Shown one piece after another: positions 49,851-62,229 of a stretch of 64,000 nt of DNA. Position 1 is the stretch's first letter. Each line of letters begins with the position of its first letter. The position numbers were made by a program, and so were the translations under genes. The notes below the pieces were generated by a model that ran no database searches, was not told the DNA's origin, and was given only the letters and a program-made list of their open reading frames with translations. The stretch covers positions 32,736,001-32,800,000 of the forward strand of contig OZ004608.1 of assembly GCA_963924565.1 (NCBI GenBank). The letters are read 5' to 3'. This stretch comes from Ascidiella aspersa (taxonomy: Eukaryota).

Positions 49851-50967
49851 AACAACTGTTTGATTTCACTTGTATGTACAAATCAAAAATCGGCCATCCT
49901 GTGTAAAAGCGCCCGCTTTTTAAAGTGGTGAAATTACACTGTTGGCCGGACTTGCGTTTAGCGTTGATCACAGCTACGGGTATATCGCGTGTTTATACCT
50001 TTTAATAATCAGCCATTCAAGATTAAAAGCCAGCCAAATGTTTGGGTATTGAGAAATACTGTTTAATCCGCATTTAAGCCAGCGCATTTTGTAGGAATAA
50101 TGGCGTAAGCTGAATAACGCGACAAAACTCACGTAGGCTTGTTCGAAAATAAATTTTGTAGATTAAAAAGCTTCTGCGACCGGCTATAAAGTAGCCTATC
50201 TATAAAATTGCCAATTTATAAAGTTGTACAAATCTACAAAGAGCACTTTCCAACAATTGAACTTTTCACCAATATCTTATATGCGAGAACCTCATTTGAA
50301 AATACAAACACGTCACCCGAACTTGAAGAAACGTCGTTTTCAAGAGCGCCATGTCACTTTAATTGCGGCAATTACCGTTTTCTCGAAGGCGCGGCCCAAT
50401 ATAGGCCACTTCCTTAACCGCTGGAAACACCCAAATACCCAAAGGCCAAGGCATATCGCGCGTATTACACGCTATACATATTGCTGTAAGTGGGCCAAGC
50501 CATATACAGCGGCACGCGCTAATATCTCGACGACAATGCATTGCGGAGGAAACATACGCCGCAACGTCATTGTGTGGAGCTGAATAGGCGCAGAATCGGG
50601 TAGGGATTTTCGGAAACATCGTCCAATATCCGCACGAAAGGCCGTGAGAACGGAAAGTGCATATAAACATCCAGAGAGCTTGATTTGCTAGCGATATCCA
50701 AACTGGCTAAACTGCATAATTAAACACACTGCTAAAACAATCGAAATACAATCTTGATTGAGTTAAAGTTAGGCAAATGGCTTATATTAATCTTAAATGT
50801 TTTAATTAACGTTTTTTTATGTGTCATTTACCTCAATAAATAGATGTCTATTTTAGGTGATAGATGTAAAATAAAATTTTAATATAAAAAAAAATAATAT
50901 AAAAAAAAAATGTTTGCCATACGAAATAGTTTTTCAAATGAAATACATTTAATAGTTCAACAATTAA

Positions 50968-51091
50968 TTTAAGTCAATGACTTGACTTGAACTACATTTT
51001 TCCTGATAATACCTTGACTTGGACTTGAAGTATGTTGCCAACGACTTAACTAGGGTTTATTTTATTTCGAAATAAATTGTTCACAACACTG
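50968..51091. mobile_element. Right-end fragment of the TGACT hAT MITE family
   Basis: tgacttgacttga and ttgacttggacttga units ending in cacaacactg. Confidence 0.6.
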
Positions 51092-51612
51092 CGAGTTACT
51101 TTGAGATAATACGTTGTGCGCACGCAAACGACTTGACTGAATCAGCACTAGATCTAAAAAAACAACAAAACACACACGCACACAAAAACTGCATACTCCA
51201 GTCCAAATGTGGACAACTGACAAAAAATGGCTGCAAAAATCCGCACTTATATCTTGCAAACGTTTGTGTATTTGTTTACAAGAGAACGCTGCCGCTTATT
51301 TTCACACAGCTCTTTCTACATTGACTAAACTGATACAATAAACCGCACGATTTAACAATTGGTGCCAAAAGTCAGGCATAAACCTGCTGGTAATCTAATT
51401 TGAGAAACGAGTTTGACCCAAACACTCGTTAAAAACGATGCGTCTTCCGCTCGAAAAATGTAAATTCGCCAACACTGGGTCATCCATTAAACGTCTATAC
51501 ACCTGTCGACGACCATATATTTGCAGTCAGGGAACGAAGTTATATTCTGTGTGGGGGGCACAGTACACGTGCAACACTTTTTCTTATTCAAAGAAAGTTG
51601 CAGGGATGGGAA

Positions 51613-51899
51613 TTATTGGTTCTTAACCTGTATAGGGGATTATCAATCAAAGAGGTAATTTGATAATAATTTAGAGGTGTACTTTTGTGAAATAAAAGTG
51701 CCATCGTTGAACGCTAAAGAGCAAAACATAGAATCATGCTAGCTTTAATTTTAATTGTAAAGCAAGGTTCAGATAATTCTAGTGTTGTTACTACACCAAT
51801 AGAGTGTAAGTTGTAATTTTGTAATTGATGAAAAATGGGCGGATGAATTCCACCATTTTCGGGCAGTCGTAAAAACTCTGAAAACGTGAAGAGCCACTG
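51613..51899. mobile_element. Degenerate Charlie-like hAT MITE
   Basis: Left tggttcttaacct, right gtgaagagccactg; no clear TSD. Confidence 0.4.
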
Positions 51900-53309
51900 G
51901 TGCAAATAATAGGCCAATAGTAACCCTGAGCTTATTACAACACATATGCATCCATATTTCTAAACATATTAAGTACCTCAGAACCCTCCCCACCAATACA
52001 GTTCACGACTACCAGCATTACACAGCACCTTCGGCGGCCACACATTCAAACGGGAACATAATTCGAATCATTATAAGGTTACAGCAGCGTTGCTCTGTTT
52101 GTTGACAGCAGGTCGGTCCCGGGCCTTGGCATTAAGGAGAAGCGAGCTGCAATTAATTCCCGGCCTATTCGGTGTGGCCCAAGGTTTACAAGTTTACGTT
52201 GGCTGCCGGCGCCGTGGAACGATTCCGGGCCGCCCTTGCGTCTTTTTTTAAGTTACGAAGCATCAACGCGCGGCCCGTCGGCGTTTTTAGCCCAGGGCCC
52301 TTGACAGACGCTGACTTGGCTTAACGAACTGACTTCTTGGAACTGACGAGGCTGGCTACGAGCAGGGTTGGTGCTCTCTATTGGAAAATGGCGCTCGAAA
52401 TAATTTACGGACTTTTTTCCGCTGAGCGAAGAGATTGTTTTTTTCGCGAATGGAGAACTATAGCAAACAACATGTTCGGGTGATTGTTTTTCCAGTTAAA
52501 CGCAAACTGAACAAAAACGTTACGTTATCCGCTAAATTTAACAACATCAAGGTCATATATTTCTTTCCAAAAACAATAACAGCTATTTATATACATATAT
52601 GGTAACTCGCATGTATAGAAGTACACCAGCTATAAAGACAAAATAAAAAATATAACGAAATTTATGAAACATGAGGTAAAATTACCTAAACATCCGAATC
52701 GTCATAAAAAAAGTAAATCATAAAGACTGGGTAAGGTTAAAATACAATTTTGAAGGTCACATGATCTAATAAAGAGTGTACTTATCGTTGCGGTTTGAAT
52801 TCTGATTTCTATACAACATCGCCAAACTCCATAAAATACCATTTAAAACGCAAAAGGCTAATTCTCACCTTTCAAATAAACCTCACTTGGCAAATCATTT
52901 CCGTTAACTTCCTATTAATTAAAACACTTATATGCCTGATGCAATTTGAACAGAAAAACGAAAATTGAGTCAAAATCTAACAGCCTCAAATTTGTAACAG
53001 AAATATAAGAGAAAAACTAAATTTTTAACCCATTCCACTCAACATGCAGGAAAAACAGTTCAAACTGGACTGCAAAGGAAAATAATTCCAACCGGTCAAG
53101 TAAAATAACGTCGAAAACCTCTCCTGTCGTCGTCCTGTTGTCCATATGCCGCGCTGGGAAATTGCCAGGGACATAAAATATTCATGCCGCTAATTATTCG
53201 CTCGCAGGTGAGCGGTTTCTACCCTGATTGCTGGTGGTAACGCGGTCAGAGATGATGCCGAATGCTCCCGCATTAAACTTTGATGCCCACTGCTGCTGCT
53301 GTTTCTGTA

Positions 53310-53799
53310 CAGTAGAAGGCGTTGTTGGAATGAATTTAATCAATAACCGGCAATGAAAGAACACTTAAGTCGCTATTTTCAAATGACTTAAATTGATTTA
53401 CATTTTTTGGGGCAAAATTATTGACTTGACTTAATAGTCGTAGAGACAAATGACTACTTGGACTTAAGTATTTTCATTGAATTTTTGCCATCAAGTATAT
53501 CGTTCTGGGTCGGATAATTTTTTTTTTAATAATTTTAAACCAAATTTAAAAATTTTCACTCGCCTTTCACTTACCTTAATTTGTAAACTGACTGGGATTT
53601 AAGCTAATTTGTAAATACCTTGACTTGAATTGGACTTAAGTTAGTTTGTAAATGGCTTGGCCTGGACTTTAATTACTTGTAAAAAAAACTTGACTCTGAA
53701 TTTAGTTGGTTTGTAAACGACTTGACTGGAACTTGACTCATTTCGCCTATAACCTGAATGGGGCGTACGTCTTTTCAAAATGACTTGTTTGCAATACTG
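53310..53799. mobile_element. Degenerate copy of the TGACT hAT MITE family
   Basis: Right end ttcaaaatgacttgtttgcaatactg resembles ttcaaaatgacttgtttacaacactg; internal cacttaagtc and ttgacttgac repeats. Left boundary uncertain. Confidence 0.75.
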
Positions 53800-53974
53800 T
53801 TCTACTGTATAGTAGAAGGCTCGCAGCCCCCTTTTGCCTGCGGTCTTGTTGCTGGCGATTTGTAAAGGTGAAAAAGCGAGCGAAGATTTCCTATAGATTA
53901 CGTCGTGAGAGCCTGATGGATGGCTGTTTTTTGCTGCCGGTCGAACGAACCCTGTGCGAATATTGCCAAGACGA

Positions 53975-56924
53975 AAAACTCCTGGCAAGGCGACAGAAAG
54001 GTGGAGAGAAACGTTCCCACGAGATTTGTACTTGGCAAGATTTTGTGAAGCCCAAACCATTTTGAGTTTTGCGTTTAGGGCAAGTAGGTGGCTTTGAAGC
54101 AGTTATATTGTGATGGATGATTAGGTGTTAATCTGCTTGACCCGGCTTAAATTTATAAGGTTCGTAAAAAATTCCATTCTTATAAAATTATAGTCTACAT
54201 TCCTTTTTATAAACAGACCTCGTTTTTTTCATTTGTGTTTTATTTTTTAACGCGGAAATCACTATGAACTCCCATACAAAAAGTTTTGAAATCGATGTGC
54301 TTAATCAATTGCAATAAAATGCGATCAGCCGACTTAAAATAATCTTATATCAGTTATTTAGTACACCGAAAGCCATCGCAGACTCACTGAATCTGTCGAT
54401 CAATGAATGATGCAAGCAGGGCAGATCACAGTTGTTACCACACATATGTGTGTGTATCTTTCGTTGAGCAGTTCAGAAATTAATGTGAATCAAACAACAT
54501 TTACCGTTTTTTTATTGCAGCTTTTAGAATGAAAATGTAGGCTATATAAAAAAATGTCCAACGCAACGATATTTAAAATTTAGCCACTTTAGCAACAAAA
54601 ATAAATAAATATAATTAGGGTGGTTGTTTCTGCATCTTAGACTTTTAATTCAGTCATTTATTGTAATTTGAAAAACTGTTCGAAGTTGCTCACCAACGCG
54701 TGTTAACATAAAACGGACGCTGTACCATCAGAGCGGAACACGTTAAGTTGTCGTTGGCTTCATTATAGGTAAGCGCCACCGGTCAAGGCAAAACTGCGAT
54801 CGTTTACGGCCAAAGTAGATTAAGCCGTCGCTCTGTTTACATTTCAAACCCGTGTAGAATCGGCTCGGAATGGAATAAACGCGGCGGCGACGCCGACGAC
54901 GGTTTGCCAGCGCCTGCGTCATTGCACAGGCGCCATTTTGAAGTTAATCCAATCTCGAGCGCGACGCGCGTGTACAAAGAGCTAGCCGAAATACCGGGCT
55001 GTCAAGAATCCGGGCAAAAAGTAAATCAAATTGGCCGGGGCTGATGTGTGCGTACACATTAGCAGTGAAGTTGACTCAAACTTGGCTGCACGATAACCAA
55101 GGGACTGGGGTTAAGCCTAGTTGGAAAATTGGTCGGCGGGCGTGCTTATGATTTGCATACGCACGCGCAGGCGCAACAACAAATTTTCAACTCGCGCCGG
55201 CGTCTCGTCAAATTGCGCTTAATGGAGCGGTCGCGGGCGCCTTTTTTGTGCACAGTGATTGATGAGCTATACAGCGTTAAACTTTACGTTTCAAAACGGC
55301 GCCCGTGCCTTTTATTCTTGGCCGGATTAGCCGGCGCTTGTAGGTGATGATGCGACGCTAAAGGTGCCGCCAAGCGCGGGCAATTATCCAATACCTAGTG
55401 CGCGTTATTTTGGAAGAGAAGCGGGTCTTTATAAAGGCAGACTTCGCCTGGCAAAACTCCTGGCAAGGCGACAGAAAGGTGGAGAGAAACGTTCCCACGA
55501 GATTTGTACTTGGCAAGATTTTGTGAAGCCCAAACCATTTTGAGTTTTGCGTTTAGGGCAAGTAGGTGGCTTTGAAGCAGTTATATTGTGATGGATGATT
55601 AGGTGTTAATCTGCTTGACCCGGCTTAAATTTATAAGGTTCGTAAAAAATTCCATTCTTATAAAATTATAGTCTACATTCCTTTTTATAAACAGACCTCG
55701 TTTTTTTCATTTGTGTTTTATTTTTTAACGCGGAAATCACTATGAACTCCCATACAAAAAGTTTTGAAATCGATGTGCTTAATCAATTGCAATAAAATGC
55801 GATCAGCCGACTTAAAATAATCTTATATCAGTTATTTAGTACACCGAAAGCCATCGCAGACTCACTGAATCTGTCGATCAATGAATGATGCAAGCAGGGC
55901 AGATCACAGTTGTTACCACACATATGTGTGTGTATCTTTCGTTGAGCAGTTCAGAAATTAATGTGAATCAAACAACATTTACCGTTTTTTTATTGCAGCT
56001 TTTAGAATGAAAATGTAGGCTATATAAAAAAATGTCCAACGCAACGATATTTAAAATTTAGCCACTTTAGCAACAAAAATAAATAAATATAATTAGGGTG
56101 GTTGTTTCTGCATCTTAGACTTTTAATTCAGTCATTTATTGTAATTTGAAAAACTGTTCGAAGTTGCTCACCAACGCGTGTTAACATAAAACGGACGCTG
56201 TACCATCAGAGCGGAACACGTTAAGTTGTCGTTGGCTTCATTATAGGTAAGCGCCACCGGTCAAGGCAAAACTGCGATCGTTTACGGCCAAAGTAGATTA
56301 AGCCGTCGCTCTGTTTACATTTCAAACCCGTGTAGAATCGGCTCGGAATGGAATAAACGCGGCGGCGACGCCGACGACGGTTTGCCAGCGCCTGCGTCAT
56401 TGCACAGGCGCCATTTTGAAGTTAATCCAATCTCGAGCGCGACGCGCGTGTACAAAGAGCTAGCCGAAATACCGGGCTGTCAAGAATCCGGGCAAAAAGT
56501 AAATCAAATTGGCCGGGGCTGATGTGTGCGTACACATTAGCAGTGAAGTTGACTCAAACTTGGCTGCACGATAACCAAGGGACTGGGGTTAAGCCTAGTT
56601 GGAAAATTGGTCGGCGGGCGTGCTTATGATTTGCATACGCACGCGCAGGCGCAACAACAAATTTTCAACTCGCGCCGGCGTCTCGTCAAATTGCGCTTAA
56701 TGGAGCGGTCGCGGGCGCCTTTTTTGTGCACAGTGATTGATGAGCTATACAGCGTTAAACTTTACGTTTCAAAACGGCGCCCGTGCCTTTTATTCTTGGC
56801 CGGATTAGCCGGCGCTTGTAGGTGATGATGCGACGCTAAAGGTGCCGCCAAGCGCGGGCAATTATCCAATACCTAGTGCGCGTTATTTTGGAAGAGAAGC
56901 GGGTCTTTATAAAGGCAGACTTCG
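53975..56924. repeat. Tandem duplication 2 x 1472 bp (53975-55446 and 55453-56924) with a 6-bp junction insert cctggc
   Basis: Constant 1478-bp offset at both ends; the identical ORFs at 55129 and 56607 show the same offset; no mismatch seen in the stretches compared by eye. Confidence 0.98.
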
Positions 56925-57014
56925 GCGTGGCTTTACTATTCGAACTCTTGGCGTAATTTGAAGCCCTGGAGAATGGCGGGGATTTGACGGGACGGTGGGG
57001 CCATGGGGTTATAC

Positions 57015-57294
57015 CAGTGGTTCCCAACCGGGGTTAGGGCTACCGTTTAAATGCTTAAGAGTTCCGAGAGAGATTTTTTATTCTTTAGGATTGTATTTTT
57101 TCTCTATTGGTGACCCATATAAGATACAACTGCTTGCATAAGAGTGTAATAAATCGGGAAACATTTTTCTAGTTAACATGCGTTGTTACAATTAGGTTTC
57201 TTTGACATTAAAGGAACCACTTATCGAAAATGTAGGTAAGATCTAATTATGTTTTCGTAAAAATGCGCCAAGACAAATAGGTTGGGGACCACTG
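57015..57294. mobile_element. hAT (Charlie-like) MITE, 280 bp
   Basis: TIRs cagtggttcccaacc / ggttggggaccactg (14/15); TSD ggttatac / tgttatac (7/8). Confidence 0.88.
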
Positions 57295-57309
57295 TGTTAT
57301 ACTATCTTA

Positions 57310-57820
57310 CAGTGTTGTAATGACTTGAGTCATTGACTTGACTTAAGTGCACTTAAGTCACTGTTTTCAAATGACTTGACTTGACTTAAGTCATTTGACC
57401 AAAATGACTTGACTTGACTTAAGTCTTTTGGACAAATGACTTGACTTGACTTAAGTCTTTTGGACACATGACTTGACTTGGACTTAAGTCATTTTGTCAA
57501 ATAACTTGGGAGTAAATTAAGTGTTTTTCATTTAAATTTATCTCAAGTGTTGCACATTAAACACTCTTATTGCTGTATATTGCGTTTGTGTGTTTTTTTA
57601 GTTAAATTGTTGCTTGTATTCGGACGAGTTTATCAATTTTAATAGTTTAACAATTTACTTTTATGTCAATGACATGACTTGAAATTGACTTGCTCTCATA
57701 ATGACTTGACTGGGACTTGACTTGGGCAACCGATGACTTGGACTGGGACTTGACTTGTTATTTTTGCAAAAGACTTGACTTGGACTTAAGTTACTTCAAA
57801 ATGACTTGTTTACAACACTG
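57310..57820. mobile_element. Young non-autonomous hAT DNA transposon (MITE), 511 bp, TGACT-repeat family
   Basis: Perfect 11-bp TIRs cagtgttgtaa / ttacaacactg; perfect 8-bp TSD ctatctta (57302-57309 and 57821-57828); subterminal arrays of tgact/gactt. Confidence 0.93.
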
Positions 57821-58790
57821 CTATCTTATGCCAAACATGGTTAATGATGGAGAAAATTTTGGTAAATGGCAACACAAAATTGAACAAAAACCATAAAACG
57901 TTTCAATTTTTGCTATTTTTTCGGCACAACGAAAAGTTAAAGCATACCGCTCAAACAAAATGTATAATGTGTGTTTATATCGAGTTGACATTTGAAGAAG
58001 TGAGCCGTTATACGCTCATTATGACGCAAACAACACATTTTCTCCCGTACTTGAATTTCTAAAATTGCGACTTGATTGGACACTCACAAACGGCTAGTTT
58101 AGCGGGCCACTTTAAATATGGCCGGCCCTTGTTTCGTTTATCCCGCGAATTTTTCAACTCTTCTGCTGGGTTGGTTTGAATGGATTTTTCAACATTTCGG
58201 AAATAGCTCAATTATACTAACCGAGCGCTTTGAAAATTTGGCTTGTTTACGTAAAAATATTAAATATCTTCGGGCTCTTTTTATTCGACAAGGCCTTCGG
58301 CGCCTCTTGCCAGTTTACGGCACTTGGCCATCTGTAAACTGTTCAATTACATTTGCAACCATCAACAGCGGTGCCCTGTCTTGTACAAAATGCAGGGACA
58401 AACACAAACAGGCCACACGATAGGTCAACACAAACAACCTCCCCGCTATACAGCACCGCTATATAGGCTGTATGCGCGCAGACTACCAACATACCTCCTG
58501 ACAGTATAATCACCCCGTGATAAATGACCCGGGCCATTTAAACGATTTTTAATTGCCCAGTTGGCTTGTTTGCCGAGATTTTAGCGCGAACGTGAAACTC
58601 CAGGTAAGCTGAAGAGTCGACTGTCAGTTGGGTGACATAATCGCGGCTTTTCCCGTTTTCCAGTGGTATAAGGTGACCCCCCCTAAACCTGTGCATCTGT
58701 TCCCAGGCGATGTAGTCGATAAAGTCGCCTGAAAAGGCTTTTGATCCCGAAAAATAGAGAATTTCTGCACGCGAAAAGGACTATTTAGAG

Positions 58791-59026
58791 CAGTGGTCCT
58801 CTACCCTTTTTGCGATTGTTTAAATTTTTTCTCTATATATTAATTTCTTGTAAAATTATCGTTGGATATCAATATTCTTTATATACGGTAAATGATTAAA
58901 CAGAGATACTTAATTTGTTTTTCTAAATCTAAAAATAAAATTGTATTTTGTATTAAAATTGATTTTTGTACCCAATATTCAGAAAATTTACCCTAGGGGT
59001 GAATTATCCCAATTCAAGAAGTCGGA
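58791..59026. mobile_element. Degenerate Charlie-like hAT MITE related to 45966-46369
   Basis: Left end cagtggtcctctacc; right subterminus aaatttaccctaggggtgaattatccc resembles 46325-46353. Right TIR decayed. Confidence 0.5.
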
Positions 59027-62000
59027 ATTAATAGCCAACATCAAACATGCAGTCAATATACAAACTACTTCTCATATTTCAAACCACAGTGATTGGCTTG
59101 AAGAAAAACTCATCTAAACTGCTGATGAATTTTGTCGGTCAGTTTGAATAATTCATTGGGACTTACAAATTATTCCTTCAGACTGCTAATTTACTTTTCC
59201 CGCGCCGCCTATTAACAAGCAGGTCTCCCGTAAAGCTCTTAAAGGTGCTTCACATCTTAAATAATTTTTGCGTTAACTTTTATGCTCCCGGCATTGCATT
59301 GTGGTCAACTTATTTAACTCTGATCTCAAAATGTTAACAACGACCTGACTTTAAAAACGGTACAGAGCTTTTTTTCAGGAGTGCTGAAACTGCACACTTC
59401 ATCTGCGCGTTTCTAAAATCTTCCGACTCTATCAGACACAGGTTATATCTATGGAGAACAAAATCGACATTTTGAGGCATATGGTTGGAGATTTTCGTTA
59501 GCCGTAGTAGGAATATTGAAATACGCACAGCTTTTAGAACGTTTTGAATATATCTTTACTTATTTTTAGAATGGTCTATAAAATCCAACATCAACAAATT
59601 CTAAAGCGTTGCAAAAAAATACACAACAGGATTTTTTTTTACTTAGGAGCGAAATTATTTATAGGGTCTAGGCACCACCAGCCGATTTTATCAAAATCAA
59701 ATTAGCGCCAATATGTATAAAAATCAAATTCGTCCAATCTACGATTTCATCAGTATGTTTTCAAAATCGCCCTTTTAAAACAATGACAACAGGGCATTTT
59801 TTTAAGTCAAATTTATCTTTTGTGCACTACGCTTGCATACGAACCATGGCATTAATGCGCACCTGTTTTTGCGACCAAATCGCAGATACCCACATCAATA
59901 CACAGACAAAACAGCATGCAGGCTTGCGACGCGCCGTTCATAAATTCTCAAGCGTCCTTCCGTGCAAACAAGCATGGCGGCGTGCTGCCATCAGAATCGG
60001 CGACAAGTCCTCACAGACATTATACACAGCAGCGCTAGATTACCCGAATGATAGTCCGCACTCAATACTCAAAGCAAGCCGCCTGTTTTTATAGCGGCCA
60101 AATATTTGCCGGCCCCTGGCAACGCATCCCCATCCCCATTCCGTCAAGGTCGCCTGTATCAACACGAAACAGGTATATTGCCGCCGATAAACGCGCGATA
60201 ATTCGACAAAGGAGTCGGCGTGGCTTGGCTGGGGAATTGAATTTGGCGTCCACTAGAATTAGGCTATAAGGCAACAAAAAGAAGTAGTTATCGAACTGGG
60301 CCTGTGTGAAAACGCTTTGCGCAACATGTAGGAAACTCATTAACTGATAAAATGCCATGTGAACAAAACCTTTAGTATAAGGTCTAATGATGGTAAATCT
60401 TTTACAGCTTGTGTGCGTATACAGTTTTATAAATATTACGCATTCGCATTAAAGGATTAATATTGAACCGTTATTTATTTTATTTTTTTTTTGGTTTAAA
60501 AGATTGATGGGGCCATCCAATATATTAAAGAAAAAAAGGGGATCAACGCGAAAAAGTTTAACAACCATCGCAATAGAAAACCAAAGTCGAGTTTAACTCT
60601 CAGCATTACGAAGCAAAGTCTGTACGATTACAACAAAACACTATAAGAAATGAAAACTAAACGCGCACACACAAAAAGGAAAAGGGGCGTTTTAAATTAA
60701 AAATACTTTCCATAACAGGAAATTGTATTCACGGTTGTGCTTTCAAATGCCATCCCATATTGGGGTGAAATAAGCATAACATTTCAGCAAAACATATTTT
60801 GACGTTCTTAGAAATAAATTTCTATTAAAACACATCTTTAAAGCATTAAAATACAGCCTAAAAATAGGATATTTATCAAACTGCCTTCTCATCGCTATCT
60901 ATATATTCATGCGCAAAACCTCTCACCAAAAAAATCCATCATACATCTTTCACCTTGACGAATTTTCGAGGCGCATTTGATACTTTGTTGCAGGTGTGAG
61001 CAATGAGCATCCAAACCTTTAAGCAAAGCTTAGGCCCGACTGTTGTTTGGCCGGGGCCACTCGAAACGTCCTTTGGCGACTGTTGTGTTTAGCGATGGGA
61101 TCACGGGCGGGCTTGAAAGGCTCGAAGCGACGCGACCCACTGGTCTGAGAACGGAGTTTATGTTGTCGCGCTGAACGGCCCGGCTTAGGAAGCCCTATGC
61201 TTAAATCAAGCGGGCTCGCTAAGATTTTGGCGGCTGGCAATTTCAGATTCCATCTTTGGCGTAGATATAGGGTGGAAATTTTAGTTGAAATTTGAATTCA
61301 AAAAGTTCACAATAAAAAAGCGTGTTCTATTTTGGAGCATAATGGTTGGAAGTTGTAGTAAAGCGTAGTATAGTAAGAATATCAAAGCCAATAAAGAGAT
61401 ATTCGAAACGTTCAAAATGATACCTACTTCTAAACGTACTTTGAAATACTTACTATATGTGTTCTATTTATTACACCAAATTGCAGTTTGTAAAATATTT
61501 CCATTTTTCCAGTCCTTACGTTTTGCGGCCTTTTAGCATAAAAAGTGAGAAAAAATAACATATATATGGCTGCTTTTTCAAGCTGAACGTCGGAGGAAGA
61601 AAAAACAGATGTGTGCTTTGCGAAAAAGCCATGAAAGCTGGCCATTTGGGCTGCGTATGTGTACATCCCAGCAAGGCAACAGTTTCAAATTGCCCCCCAC
61701 TATTCAAGGGCCTTGTATCTTTTGGGCGCAAATTGCAACATTCCGAGCAGGGACAATCGTGTTTTGAGTACTCTCATTCGGTGCTGGATCGCCGCTCACC
61801 GACAAACTTGGTGTTTTTGCGAGTCGAGGGGGTCGTCGGGAAACTATGGGGGGGTCCCAACAATATCTGACGTCATTGGATTATTTGTAACACCCACCTG
61901 ACGGTAGGTGAAGACCTGACGTGGTGGAATAATCTTGATTCGTAACCTTTTACAGTTGTCGCTTATCATTTTCACTCAGTTGCTTTTACGCCTTAAATAA

Positions 62001-62174
62001 ATGCTTATTTTATTTTCCTTAATGAAATCTTTGCGATTACGCGAAAGTTAAATATTTGTGTAAAACGGCTAAAAACATATGTGGGTGTCTTTAAAAGTTT
62101 CTTTGCTGAATTTGCTGTAATAACCAAGCCAAACAAGTTACAATGCTTATATCTTAACAGTCGAATTGAAGCCA

Positions 62175-62229
62175 TAATTCGTTTGTATTGCAGAAAGTAT
62201 TAATTCGTTTGTATTGCAGAAAGTATTAA
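62175..62229. repeat. Perfect tandem duplication 2 x 26 bp
   Basis: taattcgtttgtattgcagaaagtat occurs twice. Confidence 0.92.

Noticed and set aside
55129-56825. Two identical 72-aa ORFs (55129 and 56607)
   Set aside because: Identity simply reflects the tandem duplication; non-ATG start and no coding signature.
57310-57490. Repeat-spacer-like pattern (atgacttgacttgacttaagtc units) resembling CRISPR
   Set aside because: Spacers are under 12 nt and similar to each other, there are no cas genes, the context is eukaryotic, and the array lies inside TIRs with an 8-bp TSD.
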